This document shows, one piece after another, positions 1-10,544 of a stretch of DNA of 64,000 nt. The notes beneath the pieces are model-generated. The model was not told the origin of the DNA. It did not search any database and saw only the letters and a list, made by a program, of their open reading frames with translations. The DNA comes from Dehalococcoidia bacterium (GTDB lineage: Bacteria > Chloroflexota > Dehalococcoidia > GIF9 > AB-539-J10): positions 26,043 through 90,042 of the forward strand of contig JAUWOR010000006.1 of assembly GCA_030612025.1 (NCBI GenBank), in the 5' to 3' direction. Within the stretch, counting starts at the first letter, position 1, and the number at the start of each line of letters is the position of its first letter. Position numbers and translations under genes: made by a program.

Positions 1-1199
1 AGCGCCATGACCAATTTCGCGCCTCCCTGGCGACCCTACTCGTTTTACCTCGCCCGAGGAGAACGGAGGAAAATTATAATGGTGCATGAAGCGCTTGGTT
101 TCTGCCAAGCCTAAACCATCCAATAACTGCTCCTGTCTTGCCGACCCCAGGGTGGTGATAGTCAAAGTTTGTGTTCCTCCCCGGGCGAATAGACCCGAGC
201 CGTGAGCACGAGGTAGAAGGCCAACTTCACAGTGGATAGGGCGAATTTCATCAGCCTGGCGGCCATCCACGTGCCGTTTTCCCTGCAAAATCCTCTTCCT
301 TATCTCTGCTTTAAGCCGGGCTTCAAAGGCAAAATCCACCTCTTCCTCGGAGAAAGAGTCAACTAACTTCTGTTTCGCTTCATCCCTAAGCGATGCTAAA
401 ACTTGCTCTCGCTCTAATTTCCCTGGTTGCTCTAGAGCTTCGTTCAGCTTGTCACCAAGCAAAGTAGAGATATGAGCTGAGAGTTCAGGAGCAACCTCTC
501 TAGCTTTGACTTCCACTTTGGGTTTGCCATAAGCTTGCTGCAGCTCCTCCTGGAGTTTAATAATCTCTTGGTTAGCTTCATGCCCAAATTCGATTGCTTC
601 AAGCGCTAAGCTCTCAGAGGCCTCTTTGGCGCCTGCCTCCACCATCACTATATCTTGCCTAGTGCTAGCGACAGCTACATCGAGCAAACAGTTTTCAATT
701 TGGGGCAAAGTGGGATTTAGAACCAAATTATCATCTATGTAGCCAATATGCACTGCTGCTACCGGACCTGAAAATGGAATATCAGATATAGTTAAGGCTG
801 CTGAGGCACCGATGAGGGCGCAAATATCAGGGTCATTTTCCTTGTCGACGGAGAGCACCGTAGCTATAATTTGTAGCTCGTGGTTAAACTCCTTGAGAAG
901 AAGTGGTCTTAAGCATCGATCGATAAACCGGCAGGTTATAATTGCTCCCTCAGTGGGGCGTCCTTCTCGCCTGAAGAAACTACCTGGTATTTTACCAGCT
1001 GCGTACAGTTTTTCTTCATAGTCCACTGTTAGGGGCACGAAGCCCCTCCTCTCTGTAGGCTCATTGGCAGCACAGGCAGTGACCAACACCACTGTATCCC
1101 CATAACGGACAACGACAGCACCATTCGCCTGCTGTGCAAGTTTCCCTATTTCAATGGTAAGTATTCGACCGGCTATTGTGCGCTCAAAAATTTGAGACA
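1..1199 (-). CDS. pnp: polynucleotide phosphorylase (PNPase). Only the N-terminal ~399 aa are present; the gene continues beyond the window start.
   Basis: Manual reverse-strand translation from the ATG at 1199 gives MSQIFERTIAGRILTIEIGKLAQQANGAVVVRYGDTVVLVTA...PLTVDYEEKLYAAGKIPGSFFRREGRP, the classic PNPase N-terminus. It is absent from the ORF track because no stop codon lies inside the window. It sits immediately upstream of rpsO, the conserved rpsO-pnp arrangement. Confidence 0.85.
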
Positions 1200-1201
1200 T
1201 A

Positions 1202-1468
1202 TTATTTCCTCAAACCTAATCTGGCAGTAAGTGAGTCATATCGTTCCGGGTCTGCCCTATTAAGGTACTTCAGTAGTCGTCTGCGCTGCCCTAGCAGTTT
1301 AAGAAGAGCATGGCGCGAGTGATGGTCGTGGGAATGCGCCTTGAGGTGTTCCATTAATTGCTTTACCCTTTCAGTAAGCAACGCCACCTGAACTTCAACC
1401 GACCCAGTATCATCCTCACTAAGCCTAAATTGTGTAAAAATATCGCCTTTCTTTTCTTTTTCTAGCAT
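1202..1468 (-). CDS. rpsO: 30S ribosomal protein S15
   Basis: The ORF 1202..1498 translates to LSEDDTGSVEVQVALLTERVKQLMEHLKAHSHDHHSRHALLKLLGQRRRLLKYLNRADPERYDSLTARLGL, the S15 signature. The likely start is the internal Met (MLEKEKK), which gives about 88 aa. Confidence 0.9.
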   Translation of the reverse strand: MLEKEKKGDIFTQFRLSEDDTGSVEVQVALLTERVKQLMEHLKAHSHDHHSRHALLKLLGQRRRLLKYLNRADPERYDSLTARLGLRK

Positions 1469-1653
1469 ATAACCCCTCAATCTAATATAATATGGCACAT
1501 TATATCACAGCAGGAAAATCCCTGTATAGGATGAGGTAAGATAGTAGTATCCTCCTCAGCTGCCCTTTTTTTAAGAAGTAAAGACTATCAAGTATACCAA
1601 TAAATTGACCAAAAATTTATAACAGTCTATAATTTGCCACGAAGGCACCCTCA

Positions 1654-3066
1654 ATGCATGAGAGTTGCGGCATCTTTGGAGTTTATGCTCACAGAATAGA
1701 CATAGCTCGTCTCATCTTCTTCGGACTTTTTGCTCTCCAGCACCGCGGTCAAGAAAGCGCTGGCATCGCTGTCAGCAATGGTAGTGAAATAAAAATACAC
1801 ACTAAAATGGGGTTGGTTTCCCAGGCGTTCACAGAAAGTGACCTTGCTCAACTCAAAGGATATATTGGCATCGGGCATAACCGCTACTCTACTGCAGGCT
1901 CAAGCAAACCAGCCAATGCCCAACCTATTATAGCGAAATCAGAAGAGTTGACCCTTGCTTTAGCGCATAATGGTAATATTCTCAATGCCAAGTTACTCCG
2001 TGACGAGCTCCACGTGGATGGCTATAGCTTCCATACCTCCTCTGATTCCGAAGTCATCGCCAACCTAATTTTGGCCTCTCCTGGCAAAAGCTGGGAGGAA
2101 AGAATTAGACACGCTATGTACCGCCTCCAAGGAGCCTATTCGCTGGTAATCATGACCCAGAATAAGCTCATTGGGGTTCGTGACCCTATGGGTGTTCGCC
2201 CACTCTGTTTGGGAACTGTTGATAACGGCTGGGTAATCGCCTCGGAAAGCTGTGCCCTGGACCACATAGGCGCCCAGTTCACCAGAGAAATCAAACCTGG
2301 GGAAATTGTGGTTATCAATGCCGATGGAGTAAAGAGTTTTAAGGGCAAGAATGATAAAAGGGCTTTATGCATTTTCGAATATATTTATTTCGCCCGCCCT
2401 GACAGCATCATCCAAGGTAAACTGCTTTACCCAGCAAGACAAGCCATGGGTGAAATGCTAGCTCAAGAATACCCTGTTGAAGCTGATCTGGTCATGGGTA
2501 TTCCCGACTCAGCTACCGCTGCTGGCATTGGTTATTCTCATGTTTCAGGCATCCCCTATTGTGAAGGCTTACTTAAGAACCGCTATGTGGGACGCACCTT
2601 TATTGAGCCTGATCAAAGGCTGAGAGAGCTTGGCGTTCAGTTAAAATTCAATCCCCTCTCCCGGATAATCTCTGGAAAACGATTGGTGGTCGTTGATGAC
2701 AGTATCGTTCGCGGTACCACCACCCCTCGGGTAGTCAATCTACTAAGGAAAGCCGGTGCTAAAGAGGTGCATCTTCGTATTTGTGCTCCTCCTATTCGCC
2801 ATCCCTGCTTCTTGGGTGTGGATATGGCCACCGAATGGGAACTCATCGCTGCCAGAAAGACTACCCTGGAAATCAGGGATTACCTCGGTGCTGACTCACT
2901 TGGTTACCTTAGCCTCGACGGCTTGATTCGAGCTGTTGATCTGCCCAGAGAGATTTTTTGCCTGGCTTGCTTCACTGGAGACTATCCCATTCCAGTGCAG
3001 ATGGGAATGGATAAGCTAGCCCTGGAAACGATGCCCGAAGAGGAACCTATTGGAAGCCAGAAGTAA
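1654..3066 (+). CDS. purF: amidophosphoribosyltransferase
   Basis: 470 aa. The N-terminal propeptide is followed by catalytic CGIFGV. The PRPP-binding motif VVVDDSIVRGTT is present. C-terminal Cys residues fit a 4Fe-4S type PurF. Confidence 0.9.
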   Translation: MHESCGIFGVYAHRIDIARLIFFGLFALQHRGQESAGIAVSNGSEIKIHTKMGLVSQAFTESDLAQLKGYIGIGHNRYSTAGSSKPANAQPIIAKSEELTLALAHNGNILNAKLLRDELHVDGYSFHTSSDSEVIANLILASPGKSWEERIRHAMYRLQGAYSLVIMTQNKLIGVRDPMGVRPLCLGTVDNGWVIASESCALDHIGAQFTREIKPGEIVVINADGVKSFKGKNDKRALCIFEYIYFARPDSIIQGKLLYPARQAMGEMLAQEYPVEADLVMGIPDSATAAGIGYSHVSGIPYCEGLLKNRYVGRTFIEPDQRLRELGVQLKFNPLSRIISGKRLVVVDDSIVRGTTTPRVVNLLRKAGAKEVHLRICAPPIRHPCFLGVDMATEWELIAARKTTLEIRDYLGADSLGYLSLDGLIRAVDLPREIFCLACFTGDYPIPVQMGMDKLALETMPEEEPIGSQK

Positions 3067-4072
3067 GCAAACCTATGCTCTCGCTGGCGTCAATATTGAG
3101 GCAGCCGATAAGATTAAAAAAATAATCGCCAGGCAAGCTCAATCCACCTTCCGCCCTCAAGTCCTCAATTTTGGCTCCTTCGGCAGTATGTTTCAAATTA
3201 AAGGATATGATGAGCCTGTTTTAGTCTCCAGTGTAGATGGAGTAGGCACTAAGCTCAAGATCGCTTCGCTCTTAGATAAGAATGATGCTGTGGGCATTGA
3301 TATCGTTAACCATTGTGTTAACGACATTCTCTGCTGCGGTGCCGAGCCACTTTTCTTCCTCGACTATATTGCTATGGGTAAACTTGTGCCCCAGCAAATA
3401 GAGGCTATTATTACAGGCATAGCTCAAGCTTGTCAGGAAATTGGCTGCTCATTAATCGGCGGTGAAACTGCTGAGATGCCCGGCATTTACTCCCAAGGGA
3501 GCTATGATTTGGTTGGCTTTATTGTTGGAGTGGTAGAAAAGGGAAATATCATTGACGGCAGTTCCATAAATGCAGGCGATGTAATTCTTGGCTTGCCATC
3601 CTCTGGCTTACATACCAACGGCTACTCGTTAGTGCGGCGAGTTTTTAGAATAGAGGATAACCCCTCCTGCCTAAATAACTTTTATCCCGAGCTAGGGAAA
3701 ACTCTGGGCGAGGAACTGCTCCAGGTCCACCTCTGCTATTATCCTGAGCTTAAACCGATCTTATCCTTAATTAAAGGTTTAGCTCATATCACTGGCGGCG
3801 GGCTTATGGGGAATATACCTCGCATTCTACCTCAAGGTCTTGCTGCCCATCTGCACAAAGGTTCCTGGGATATTCCACCCATCTTCAAGCTGATACGAGA
3901 AAAGGGCAACGTAGAAGAGGCAGAAATGTATCGAGTATTTAATATGGGAATAGGCATGACCATTGTGTGTTCACCACAACAAGTAACTAAATTGACTGCT
4001 GCTTTACCCCAAGCCAAGGTTATTGGTGAGGTAGTCAAGGCAAAGGGTAAGGAAAGAGTAATAATGGGTTAA
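3050..4072 (+). CDS. purM: phosphoribosylformylglycinamidine cyclo-ligase (AIR synthetase)
   Basis: 340 aa with the PurM-family motifs (VDGVGTKL, GGETAEMPG) and a short overlap with purF. Confidence 0.88.
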   Translation: MEARSKQTYALAGVNIEAADKIKKIIARQAQSTFRPQVLNFGSFGSMFQIKGYDEPVLVSSVDGVGTKLKIASLLDKNDAVGIDIVNHCVNDILCCGAEPLFFLDYIAMGKLVPQQIEAIITGIAQACQEIGCSLIGGETAEMPGIYSQGSYDLVGFIVGVVEKGNIIDGSSINAGDVILGLPSSGLHTNGYSLVRRVFRIEDNPSCLNNFYPELGKTLGEELLQVHLCYYPELKPILSLIKGLAHITGGGLMGNIPRILPQGLAAHLHKGSWDIPPIFKLIREKGNVEEAEMYRVFNMGIGMTIVCSPQQVTKLTAALPQAKVIGEVVKAKGKERVIMG

Positions 4073-4081
4073 GGAAGTATC

Positions 4082-5677
4082 ATGCGTGCTATCATAAGCG
4101 TTTCAGACAAGTCAGGTATAGCTGATTTTGCTCGCGGCTTACAAGAGTTAGATATCGAGATTTTCAGCACCGGCGGCACTAAGAAGTCACTGGAAGGGTC
4201 TGGAATAAAAGTCCGCAGTATCTCAGAGCTTACTGGATTTCCTGAAATTCTCAACGGTAGAGTAAAGACGCTTCACCCTGCGGTTCATGGCGGCATTCTG
4301 GCAAGGCGCGACTTACCTCAACACTTAGCTGAGCTGGCTAAAAACCACATCGAAACTATCGGCATGGTTGTAGTAAATCTTTACCCCTTCATTGATACTG
4401 TGACCCAAAGCGAAGTTTCTTTGGACGGAGCGTTAGAGAACATCGATATCGGTGGCCCAACTATGATTCGCTCAGCAGCGAAGAATTTCCCCTCCGTCCT
4501 GGTAATTGTCGACCCTGAGGATTACGACCCCATTCTACAAAAGCTGCGCCGGGGCGATATAGATTTAGCAGAAAGAAAAAGATTAGCCCATAAAGCTTTC
4601 CAGCATGTGGCTATCTATGATACTGCCATCGCCCAATATCTTAGCGAAGAAACCTTTCCTGAGGAAATGACCATAGCTTTGAAGAAAGCTTATGACCTCC
4701 GTTATGGTGAGAACCCTCACCAAAAAGCCGCCTTTTATCTAGAGCAAAATGTGAGGCAACCACAAGCTGCCTTAGCTTCACTAACTCAACTCAAAGGTCC
4801 TGAAATTTCCTTCAATAACCTGCTTGATTTTGATGCTGCCTTAAATATTCTGCGCACCTTTACTGCTCCCACTGTGGCCATAATGAAACACACCAATTCC
4901 TGTGGGCTTGCCAGCCATGCTAATTTAGCTGAGGCTTACCGAAGAGCTTTGGCTGGAGACCCTGTAGCTGCCTTTGGTGGTGTAGTTGCTAGTAACCAAG
5001 TTATAGATTTAGCCACTGCCCGAGAAATAGACCAAACTCATTATGATGCTATCATTGCTCCAGAATATGAAAAGGAAGCCCTGGAGCTATTAAGACGTAA
5101 AAAGAGCTTACGCCTTGTTAAAATACCCCTCCAATATCATTCCGCGCTCTTCACTCCTCGTCATTCTGAGGGAGCAAAGCGACCGAAGAATCTCACTCAG
5201 GGTAAACTCCGTGAAGAATCTCATTTCGATTTCCGCTATGTCCAGGGTGGCTTTCTAATTCAAACACCAGACCTTTTCACTGAGTCAGAGCTTCAACCTC
5301 GCACAGTTACCAATCGCCAACCTACAGAGCAAGAACTATCAGACTTGCTTTTCGCCTGGAAAGCAGTCAAGGGTATAAAGTCCAATGCCATAGTTATTGC
5401 TAAGGACAAAACATTATTAGGTATGGGAGCAGGACAACCATCTCGTGTGGTAAGTGTTGAGCTGGCTTTAAGGAGAGCTGGCGAGCAAGCCAAGGGTAGT
5501 GTTCTCGCCTCAGATGCCTTCTTCCCTTTCGCCGATGGTCCTGAATTAGCCATTAGCCACGGAGTTACTGCCATTATCCAGCCCGGCGGCTCTGTAAGGG
5601 ATAAAGAGGTAATCGATGTGGCCAACAAGCATAGTGTAGCCATGGTATTCACCGGTATCCGCCATTTCAGGCACTGA
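4082..5677 (+). CDS. purH: bifunctional AICAR transformylase / IMP cyclohydrolase
   Basis: 531 aa. It has an MGS-like N-terminal domain (MRAIISVSDKSGIADFARGL...STGGT) and an AICARFT C-terminal domain. It follows purM in the operon. Confidence 0.9.
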   Translation: MRAIISVSDKSGIADFARGLQELDIEIFSTGGTKKSLEGSGIKVRSISELTGFPEILNGRVKTLHPAVHGGILARRDLPQHLAELAKNHIETIGMVVVNLYPFIDTVTQSEVSLDGALENIDIGGPTMIRSAAKNFPSVLVIVDPEDYDPILQKLRRGDIDLAERKRLAHKAFQHVAIYDTAIAQYLSEETFPEEMTIALKKAYDLRYGENPHQKAAFYLEQNVRQPQAALASLTQLKGPEISFNNLLDFDAALNILRTFTAPTVAIMKHTNSCGLASHANLAEAYRRALAGDPVAAFGGVVASNQVIDLATAREIDQTHYDAIIAPEYEKEALELLRRKKSLRLVKIPLQYHSALFTPRHSEGAKRPKNLTQGKLREESHFDFRYVQGGFLIQTPDLFTESELQPRTVTNRQPTEQELSDLLFAWKAVKGIKSNAIVIAKDKTLLGMGAGQPSRVVSVELALRRAGEQAKGSVLASDAFFPFADGPELAISHGVTAIIQPGGSVRDKEVIDVANKHSVAMVFTGIRHFRH

Positions 5678-6074
5678 ACTCAAGGAGAAAGATGGGCTGA
5701 CGCTGGAAAGAAGGCAGAGTGCATCGCCGATCTAGAAAATATGATAGAAATTGAACAACCTCACTAGATCGCGCTGATTATGGTTCCTGCTGTGGCAGTA
5801 TTTGCGGCTTGACGTACCAGATAGACAATGAAATAAACATATCGCAGAGAATCTCGGAGGCTTTGAAAGTGGATGATAGCGGGAAGGCAGCTTCTCTGCT
5901 AGAGGATTATATCGCTTTCTTGAAGCAAGACTATCGAGGCGAGCACCTTGAGCATTGATGGCAGAGCAACCCAAGGTCCTGAACCAGAGGATGACGAGCG
6001 AGGGATACAGAGCTTCTCACTAACTGCTGTTTGCACAGGAAGCCCAAGAAGTCCTATAATCGGTCATTGAGGCT

Positions 6075-7601
6075 ATGGCTAGGGTAGTACTTGTATCGGA
6101 CATGTTACGTGGGTTTTTCGAGGAAGGTTATCCACTTTACTGTGGCATCGACGCCCGAAGTATCATACCCAATGTCAAGAAACTGCTGGAGCGAGAGTTA
6201 GAGCAGAACTCGAAAATCTTCTATCTGTGTGACCACCATGCACCCGATGACCCAGAATTCAGAATGTTCCCGCCGCATTGTATTGAAGGTACCACTGAGG
6301 CTGAACTCATCCCTGAACTTTCCCCATATCCTGGTGAAATAATACCAAAAAGAACTTTTAGCAGTTTCTATGATACGCTTCTGGAAAAGAAACTAGAGGC
6401 ACTCAAGCCCGAAACTATAGTCGTCTGTGGTGTGTGCACTCATATTTGTGTTCTGCAGGCAGTAATTGATGCCAGAAACAGGGGCTACGAAGTTGAAATC
6501 CCCGTCGATTGTGTTGCTTCCTTCGACAATAGGGCTCATCTCTTCGCCCTGGACTATATGGAAAAGGTACTCGGTGCCAAGCTTATCAAACCTAAAGTCA
6601 ACCTGCCTAAACCAAAGTTTGAAATCCTTGACTCATGGCTAAGCGGGGAAACTGCCGATATTTACTTCCCTCACACAGTGGAGATACTTAAAAGGGAGGG
6701 TATCAACCCTGTAGCCACTATGGAGGTATTCCCCAGACAAGCCGGTATCCTCTGTGGTATAGAAGAGGTTAAAGCCCTATTAGCCAGGGTGCTTCCTGAA
6801 GATAATCGTGAAGTTTGGGCACTAGCGGAAGGCGAATCTTTTGACAAAAAAGAAGTAGTCCTGCGGATAAAAGCCCCCTACCAAAGCTATGGAACTTATG
6901 AAACAGTCTATCTGGGCATTCTTGCCCATTGCAGTGGCTGGGCCACTGCTGCTCGAGAATGCGTTAATGCTGCTCAAGGCATTCCTGTTATTAGTTTTGG
7001 CGCCCGTCATGTTCACCCTTCCGTAGTCGGCGTTATGGAGTACTCCGCTATTGTAGGGGGCTGTAGTGGCTGTGCTAGTACTGTTGGAGCTAAGCTTGCT
7101 GGCATGAAACCCATCGGCACCATACCTCATGCCCTCATCATTATTTTGGACAGCACTGCCAAAGCTACTCTCGCCTTTGATAAGTATATGCCTCCTGAAG
7201 TGCCGCGCATCGCCCTGGTGGATACCTTTGAGGATGAGGTTAGAGAAAGTGTCGCGGTGGCTAAAGCAATGCAGGGAAAGTTGCAAGGCGTAAGGTTAGA
7301 TACTCCTTCGGAAAGAGGTAGGGTCACCGCCGATTTAGTCAAAGAAGTGAGAGCTTGGCTAGACCTTGAGGGATTCAAAGAGGTGAAGATTGTCGTCAGT
7401 GGTGGGTTTAATCCAGAGCGCATCCGACATTTTATCAGCCAAAGGGCACCCGTTGACATCTTCGCTGTTGGCAGCTATATCAGCGATGCCGCGCCTATCG
7501 ATTTCACCGCAGACCTTCACGAGGTAGAAGGCAAGCCCATTGCCAAAAGGGGCAGAATGCCCGGCATCACCCCCAACCCTGGGCTAAAAAGGGTGATGTA
7601 A
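6075..7601 (+). CDS. fusion of a nicotinamidase/isochorismatase-family domain (N-terminal) and a nicotinate phosphoribosyltransferase-like domain (C-terminal)
   Basis: 508 aa. The N-terminal ~190 aa resemble isochorismatase/PncA, including the conserved Cys in VVCGVCTHICV. The C-terminal ~310 aa resemble archaeal-type NAPRTase (PncB). Confidence 0.65.
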   Translation: MARVVLVSDMLRGFFEEGYPLYCGIDARSIIPNVKKLLERELEQNSKIFYLCDHHAPDDPEFRMFPPHCIEGTTEAELIPELSPYPGEIIPKRTFSSFYDTLLEKKLEALKPETIVVCGVCTHICVLQAVIDARNRGYEVEIPVDCVASFDNRAHLFALDYMEKVLGAKLIKPKVNLPKPKFEILDSWLSGETADIYFPHTVEILKREGINPVATMEVFPRQAGILCGIEEVKALLARVLPEDNREVWALAEGESFDKKEVVLRIKAPYQSYGTYETVYLGILAHCSGWATAARECVNAAQGIPVISFGARHVHPSVVGVMEYSAIVGGCSGCASTVGAKLAGMKPIGTIPHALIIILDSTAKATLAFDKYMPPEVPRIALVDTFEDEVRESVAVAKAMQGKLQGVRLDTPSERGRVTADLVKEVRAWLDLEGFKEVKIVVSGGFNPERIRHFISQRAPVDIFAVGSYISDAAPIDFTADLHEVEGKPIAKRGRMPGITPNPGLKRVM

Positions 7602-7715
7602 AAAACCGCTTACGGAAAAACACTAAATACTAATATCTAAATCCTAAAAAATTAGGAATTGGGATTTTGAATTCGTTTAGAGTTTGGAGCTTAGAGATTA
7701 GGATTTAAGAACGTA

Positions 7716-8660
7716 ATGGCTGAAGCTGTAATAACGTTGGACAATGTCACCAAAATCCTAGCGGGTCGGCAGATTCTCAAGAATATTAGCTTTGTTGTGG
7801 AGCAGGGAGATATATTTGGCTACCTCGGCCCCAACGGAGCAGGCAAGACTACCACTATCAGGGTCATCCTGGGACTTTTCCCACCCACTTCAGGCAAGGC
7901 ATTTATTCTAGGCAAGAATGTCGGGTGTGATGATGCCAGAGAAAAGGTTGGCTTTGTTCTCGAGGCTGATGGACTGTATGACAATATGACCGCTTACGAA
8001 AATCTGGGTTACTATTGCCAGATTTATGGCATGCCCTCAGCTTTGAAAAGCAAAAGAATAGATGAAATGCTGGAGCTAGTGGAACTAAGCGACAGAGCAG
8101 GGGATAAAGTATCCTCTTATTCCAAGGGAATGAGGCAGAAGCTAGCGCTAGCACGGTCTATGGTTCATGAGCCCGACCTCCTTACCTTCGATGAGCCCAC
8201 CGCTGGCGTTGACCCTACAGGTCAGATGGAGGTGAGACAAATCATTCTTAACTTAGCACAGAGGGGTAAGACCATTTTCCTGAGCTCTCACAACCTGGAT
8301 GAAGTGCAGCGAATTTGCAACCGCATTGCCTTGATTGATAAGGGAGAGATAAAGCTCTATGGCGAGCTAGAGAAATTGAGAAGGGATATGGGCAGAAGAG
8401 AGGTAATCATAGAAACCGGGATAACAACTACGGAAGAAGCCAGGTTACTCGACGGGCTTGTGGCTGAGCTTGAAGCCTTACCTTATGTGACAAGCTGCCG
8501 CAGAGAAGCTCAAAAACTGCGTCTCCAGCTTGATGGCCGAGGTGACATCTCCGAGATAGTAGCCATGCTCTCCCAGAAGAGCATAGGTGTAGAGGAGGTC
8601 AGAAAGGGCGAAATATCCCTGGAGGAAATTTACGCCAAGGTGACAAAGGGAAGGGAATGA
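7716..8660 (+). CDS. ABC transporter ATP-binding protein (ABC-2 exporter type)
   Basis: Walker A (GPNGAGKTT), ABC signature (YSKGMRQKLALAR) and Walker B (LLTFDEPTAGVD) are all present. Confidence 0.88.
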   Translation: MAEAVITLDNVTKILAGRQILKNISFVVEQGDIFGYLGPNGAGKTTTIRVILGLFPPTSGKAFILGKNVGCDDAREKVGFVLEADGLYDNMTAYENLGYYCQIYGMPSALKSKRIDEMLELVELSDRAGDKVSSYSKGMRQKLALARSMVHEPDLLTFDEPTAGVDPTGQMEVRQIILNLAQRGKTIFLSSHNLDEVQRICNRIALIDKGEIKLYGELEKLRRDMGRREVIIETGITTTEEARLLDGLVAELEALPYVTSCRREAQKLRLQLDGRGDISEIVAMLSQKSIGVEEVRKGEISLEEIYAKVTKGRE

Positions 8661-9409
8661 TGAAAAAGATAATGGTGATTGTGAAAAAGGATTTGAGGGA
8701 AACTCTGCGCACCAAGGCTTTTTATGTCAGCATAGCCATGGTTTTATTCTTCATGGTAATGCTGGGCGGCGCAGTTAGAGGACAAATCAATACCTTAGTA
8801 GAGAAGGGTTTATCACCAGCAGAAATAAGCTCAGCCGCTCAACCACTCATGGGCACCACTGTCTTCATGCTTTCGCTCATGTTGATGATGCTATTTTGCA
8901 TGTATATCAACGCCTATACGCTTACCATGGAGAAAGTGAAACGCTCCATAGAGTCTTTACTATGTACACCATTGAGCCTAAGGCAAATTTGCCTCGGAAA
9001 AAGTTTGGCAGTATTTTTGCCCAGTGTGATTTTGGGTCTGCTATTTGCCTTTGGTGCAATAGCTGGCATAAATCAATTCTTTATAGCTCCTGAAATAGGG
9101 CAGTTTGTCATGCCTGGTGCAGCACCATTAGTAGCAACCCTGGTAGCTGTGCCTCTGATAGTCTTTTTCCTTGTTACTTTAATGATAGCGCTACAACTCA
9201 TAATCACCAACATCCGTTGGATTCACGCTGCCCTCATGGGCTTAATATTTGGTGTTGGCTTTGGGCTTTCTCCCGTCTTAAGGTTTGGCTCTGCATCATG
9301 GAGCATTGTCTTTATCTCCCTGGGAGTTGCCGCTGTCTTAGCCCTAGTGACAATTTACCTCTCCCGCTTAGTCACCAAGGAAAGAATCGTGCTCAGCAGC
9401 AAAGGATAA
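8657..9409 (+). CDS. ABC-2 family transporter permease
   Basis: 250 aa with multiple hydrophobic segments. It is translationally coupled to the upstream ATPase (ATGA overlap). Confidence 0.7.
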   Translation: MMKKIMVIVKKDLRETLRTKAFYVSIAMVLFFMVMLGGAVRGQINTLVEKGLSPAEISSAAQPLMGTTVFMLSLMLMMLFCMYINAYTLTMEKVKRSIESLLCTPLSLRQICLGKSLAVFLPSVILGLLFAFGAIAGINQFFIAPEIGQFVMPGAAPLVATLVAVPLIVFFLVTLMIALQLIITNIRWIHAALMGLIFGVGFGLSPVLRFGSASWSIVFISLGVAAVLALVTIYLSRLVTKERIVLSSKG

Positions 9410-9456
9410 GCTTGGCAAATGGCTGTGCTCCGATGTTTTCCCAGTTTTAGGGCTTG

Positions 9457-10491
9457 CTACTTAAAGCCAATCCCTTCTATCTCTATGAAATCGTCCTTAA
9501 TTCTTGTTTTGGCGCCCAGAAATTCCTCAATCAACCACAGGTTTGTCTCTACGTGTTCGGTAATTCTAGGAATCGAGTACCTGCTAGTTCCATCAGCCAA
9601 GCCAGCATAGATTATGAGCTGGTCTGCTATATACCTATCAACCGCGGCACCAGTTTTAACATCCTCTACAAAGCTTTGGGCTACATACCTCCCGATAGAC
9701 TCGGAGCTTCTTCCCGGCCTTCCTGCTCTATCCAAGCCAATTCTGCTACCTAAACTCGTCTTAGCATATATCGCCAGGGCAGCACCTTCCTGAAGCGAAC
9801 TCTCATCGTAAATTTCCTCGATTTCAGCCTTATAGCCATAAGAGCTTAATACCTTCTGGCATTCCTCTGCCATCCTGTGGCTCACTTCCCTTCCCTTCAA
9901 ATGAGAGGAGAGGGCGATTCCTTTGATATTGAGAATCCTGCCTTGCTCAGTAAGATTTAAAGGTTTTAATTTCTTTACCGGCTCAACTTCAATTTCTATA
10001 ATCCCGCCTCCTCGTGGCACGTAGCCAGGGCGAACTATCTCAAGCTCAGCCTGAATTCCCAGCTGTTCCAAAATTGGAAGCAAGACAAATTTCATATGAT
10101 AGGCAGAGGGGGCAAAATCCTGGAATATCCCGCCTTCGAGCCTGAATTTCGAGGGCTTTCCCGCAAAGCAGGCTAAAGGCAGAAGAGTTTGTGCCATCAT
10201 TGTGGTTGACCCTGCTGTCCCTATATCCCAGTGATACTCCCCTCCTTTAAACCTTCCCTTTGGAGCATAGGTAATCTCCTTAGAGCCCACCACGGCATTA
10301 CTCGCTGTGCCTTGGCACATCTCCTGACAAGCCTGGATAACCTTAAGGTGCTGCCTCCTTAGCCCTGGCCTATCCCTCTTCGCCCTGATATTTTGTATCT
10401 TTACCTCTTTCCCGAGCAGGCTAGCCAGAGCTACAGAATAGCGCACTATGGTTCCACTTCCAGACTTGGCGCCGCCATCTATAACCTTCAT
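9457..10491 (-). CDS. rtcA: RNA 3'-terminal phosphate cyclase
   Basis: 344 aa. The N-terminus (IDGGAKSGSGTIVRYSVALASLLGK) and overall length match RtcA. Confidence 0.85.
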   Translation of the reverse strand: MKVIDGGAKSGSGTIVRYSVALASLLGKEVKIQNIRAKRDRPGLRRQHLKVIQACQEMCQGTASNAVVGSKEITYAPKGRFKGGEYHWDIGTAGSTTMMAQTLLPLACFAGKPSKFRLEGGIFQDFAPSAYHMKFVLLPILEQLGIQAELEIVRPGYVPRGGGIIEIEVEPVKKLKPLNLTEQGRILNIKGIALSSHLKGREVSHRMAEECQKVLSSYGYKAEIEEIYDESSLQEGAALAIYAKTSLGSRIGLDRAGRPGRSSESIGRYVAQSFVEDVKTGAAVDRYIADQLIIYAGLADGTSRYSIPRITEHVETNLWLIEEFLGAKTRIKDDFIEIEGIGFK

Positions 10492-10544
10492 GTTGAGGCA
10501 ATACTATTTATATGCTGAGTAGGCAAAGTCAGTCAGTAGTCTCA

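Noticed and set aside
5732-5974. An 80-aa minus-strand ORF in the purH-pncAB spacer.
   Set aside because: It has no RBS, a composition unlike the neighbouring genes, and no family resemblance. It is treated as non-coding, though see the spacer finding.
6822-7459. Minus-strand ORFs of 154 and 110 aa overlapping the pncAB-like gene.
   Set aside because: They are antisense to a gene with clear family motifs. They have no RBS and no recognisable sequence features.
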